A DNA stretch of 64,000 bases, from NCBI GenBank assembly GCA_001179505.1, contig CDMY01000859.1:180046-244045 (forward strand). The letters run 5' to 3'. Of this stretch, positions 61,681 to 64,000 are shown piece after piece. Origin of the DNA: Vitrella brassicaformis CCMP3155. Its lineage: Eukaryota > Protista > Chromerida. The notes under the pieces were generated by a model. It did not search any database and was not told the DNA's origin. It saw only the letters and a list, made by a program, of their open reading frames with translations. Position 1 is the first letter of the stretch; each line of letters opens with the position of its first letter. The translations under genes and the position numbers were made by a program.

Positions 61681-62257
61681 GCACCACCGTCCCCGGCGCC
61701 ACAGTGACTATCATAAGGTCGGAGTCGCACCCCCAGAAGAAGGGGGGCCCTGCTGAAGCTCAAGCGGCTGTGGGGAATAGCATCGCTGTCTACGATTTAT
61801 ATCCCAGGGCTGTTTTTGTCCGGTGTCTCGTCGACTAGAACGGGCAACCGCTGCCTACATTTTATATCTTTTGTCACCGCCTTATGGATGTGGGTGCATG
61901 AGACATTCTGTCTACGTGTTTGGGTGACAGGCTCTGCACATGCAGTGCCTTTCCTTCCTGCCTCCGACCGCCCAAGCGGCAACACTGCACCACTTCTCAG
62001 CTCATCAAGGGAGCCTCATGGCGAGCGGATGTGTGCATATGATAGAGTCGAACCGATTACTGACTCACTGGATCGTGCCGATCGACATGCATTCATTCAT
62101 CGGTACGCAAATGTCCACTAGTTCCACGTCCGCTCCTCGCCCCTCTGTACGAGAAAACATCCCCCCTACCAAAACCCACTCGACACACCCACTGACAGGC
62201 AACCATTATACCGTTACACAAACGACCAGCGCAGCTGGTGGTCCCATCATCATGCTC

Positions 62258-63395
62258 TCAGCCGACACCGTAGTCGGGCGCCTCTTGATCTTTGATCTCA
62301 TGGTCCTGCAGCTCCGCCCTGGCCTCGTACACAGTCACCACTGCCTTGCGCTGGTAAGACGACCCCTGCCCACGCAACCCTGAGCAAACAACACCCACAC
62401 ATACACACACACATACACACAGACAGGCACATGAAGGGATTAGTACACACCGGTCATCTGCGTGTGACGCGTTGCTCACCGATGTAGTATAGCCGTGTTT
62501 GGTTCGCGCCGAAGTTCTCATCGAAAAAGACCGTGAGGTGCGTCACGTTCTGGAACTTGGCAACCTGCGCAGCCAGGGAACAGAGAAGCAAGGAAGCAAA
62601 GTCGCCCTGGAGCAGCTCCCCTGTCTGTGAGTGTATTCCGACCTTGAGTGAGTACTCGACAGCACCGCAGTAGTCCTCGACCAGCTCGACCTCCTGGGTG
62701 CACGCAATGTCATGTACACTGAAACGGGCACACACACACACGCAGACATGCATGTGTGAGGGTGCAAGTGTAAGTGTGTGTGTGTGTGTGTGTCGTGGGT
62801 GGCCGAGGTCACTTGGTGAAGTCGATGTCCTCCCTGTTGGTGTACAGCTTGATCCTCGACGGTGAGGTGCCGTCTGTGCCGCCTATCACGTGCAGACTGG
62901 AGATCTGCAGACACACAACACACACCACAACACACTGCCCGCGTGCCACTGACTGGCTCACTTTGCATGGCGCGGTGAATGGTATCTGTATGATGAGCTC
63001 GGGGTCGCCGTCTGTCGAGTCGCAGTACTCACTGTCATTGAGCCGCTCCTCATAGGTCTTGAACACCTTGACTGCCGAGTTGGCCACCTGAAACCACAGA
63101 CAGACAGACAGACAAGGGCATATCAAGAAGAGGGAACATTCTCTGACGGCCTGCCTCTCGTCACCTCTTCGTTGAGCCCTCTCACGCCTTCCTTGTCGAT
63201 GTAGGGCAGCAGAAACTCACCGCCACGCAGCTCTGAAAGCCAGACGAACGCACACAAGAGCACACAGTCGTCCAGATCTGTCTATGCCAGTCCAAAGGCT
63301 CAAAGGCATCGCATCCTATCCCCTGTGTGTGTCGTGTGAGTCGGCCTACCACTTTCGTGTTTGCAGTTGCAGCCAAAACCGTGCAAGCCTGGCAT
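62258..63395 (-). CDS. PITHD1: PITH domain-containing protein 1
   Basis: MPGLHGFGCNCKHE|LRGGEFLLPYIDKEGVRGLNEE|...DSTDGDPELIIQIPFTAPCK|ISSL...PSRIKLYTNREDIDF...KFQNVTHLTVFFDENFGANQTRLYYIGLRG...KAVVTVYEARAELQDH. Confidence 0.9.
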
Positions 63396-63611
63396 ATATA
63401 GAATGAAGCAATGGACGTGCGGAAGCCTCAACAGCCGCACCACCACAAGTTTCCCACACAGCCTGTGACGTCCACGTTGCTCGGCTCCCTTCTTCTCCCC
63501 GATCTTTAATCGTTGAAGTAAAGGAAAGAAACCAAAGCGTCTGATTCCTTTGTCTGTGGCTTCTTGTCTACTTCGCTTGCGAGTGCATTTGAGCTCGCAA
63601 ACCACGAGTAA

Positions 63612-64000
63612 GGGTCTATATCGGGCAAGGTGCTGCCCAACAACGACGACACCCTTGCGAAGCTGCGCGCTCTACACCCGGCGGCCTCCTTCCCACTCGA
63701 CCCGTCCCCCACCCTGCCGCCGAACAACGCACCCCGCACCGTCTTCGAGCCCGACGATGAGCACCTCTTGGGGGCACTCAAGACCGCGCCCAAGGGCTCG
63801 GCGCAGGGCGGGACCGGGTGGCGCTATGAGCACCTCCGCGCCATCCACAACTGGCGATGCAAGGTGCCCCTCCCCAACTTCGTCCGGCTCCTCGTCCACT
63901 CTCGCGTGCCCCCCTCCCTCCGCCCCTTCCTCTCGGCGGCCCGCTTGAGTGCGTTCGAGAAGACCGACGACGACGGGGTCGCGACAGGAGGCGTCCGGCC
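63612..64000 (+). mobile_element. Non-LTR retrotransposon reverse-transcriptase region, CRE/SLACS-like; appears 5'-truncated and runs off the window
   Basis: Open frame (codons from 63621) GKVLPNNDDTLAKLRALHP...LLGALKTAPKGSAQGGTGWRYEHL...VPPSLRPFLSAARLSAFEKTDDDGVATGGVRP, typical of the start of CRE-clade RTs. An in-frame TAA at 63609-63611 and no ATG precede it. Confidence 0.75.

Noticed and set aside
33532-63395. Apparent ubiquitin-proteasome cluster (F-box, PSMB2, PITHD1)
   Set aside because: The genes are 10-20 kb apart, separated by unrelated DNA and a gap, and F-box genes are abundant, so chance explains it.
1-64000. tRNA, rRNA, snRNA, dinoflagellate-type spliced leader or telomeric repeats
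   Set aside because: No convincing T-loop/cloverleaf, rRNA, SL or telomere signature was seen by eye. A tRNAscan-SE/Infernal run would be needed to exclude them formally.

Overview
This is eukaryotic, GC-rich, intron-dense genomic DNA with four 300-N scaffold gaps. The microsatellite-filled introns, an apicomplexan-style mitochondrial uL23 and a thylakoid-lumen protein with complex-plastid targeting point to a chromerid alga, most likely Vitrella brassicaformis (inference). The first ~35 kb is a compact, often head-to-head run of genes: acylated ankyrin-Sec7-PH protein, F-box-like protein, hypothetical protein, PH-SH3-coiled-coil protein, uL23m, Sam50, 2-PGK/LPA1-like P-loop kinase, RPF2, EF-hand protein, Ser/Thr kinase, lumenal pentapeptide-repeat protein and an F-box protein with an XPA/Rad14-like domain. 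From ~36.5 to 62 kb the DNA is a patchwork of reshuffled duplicated segments carrying divergent (pseudo)kinase and coiled-coil exons, with PSMB2 embedded. The window ends with PITHD1 and the start of a CRE/SLACS-type non-LTR retrotransposon RT. The most notable signals are: (i) a strand-polarised intron architecture, (AC)-rich next to the donor and (GT)-rich next to the acceptor, able to fold introns into hairpins; (ii) the F-box-XPA-like fusion; (iii) pseudokinase paralogues sharing a DFG-to-xGF change inside an exon-shuffling zone; (iv) a Sec7 domain lacking its glutamic finger and carrying an in-frame TAG upstream. All gene models were spliced by eye, so exon boundaries and family assignments need RNA-seq and HMM confirmation.
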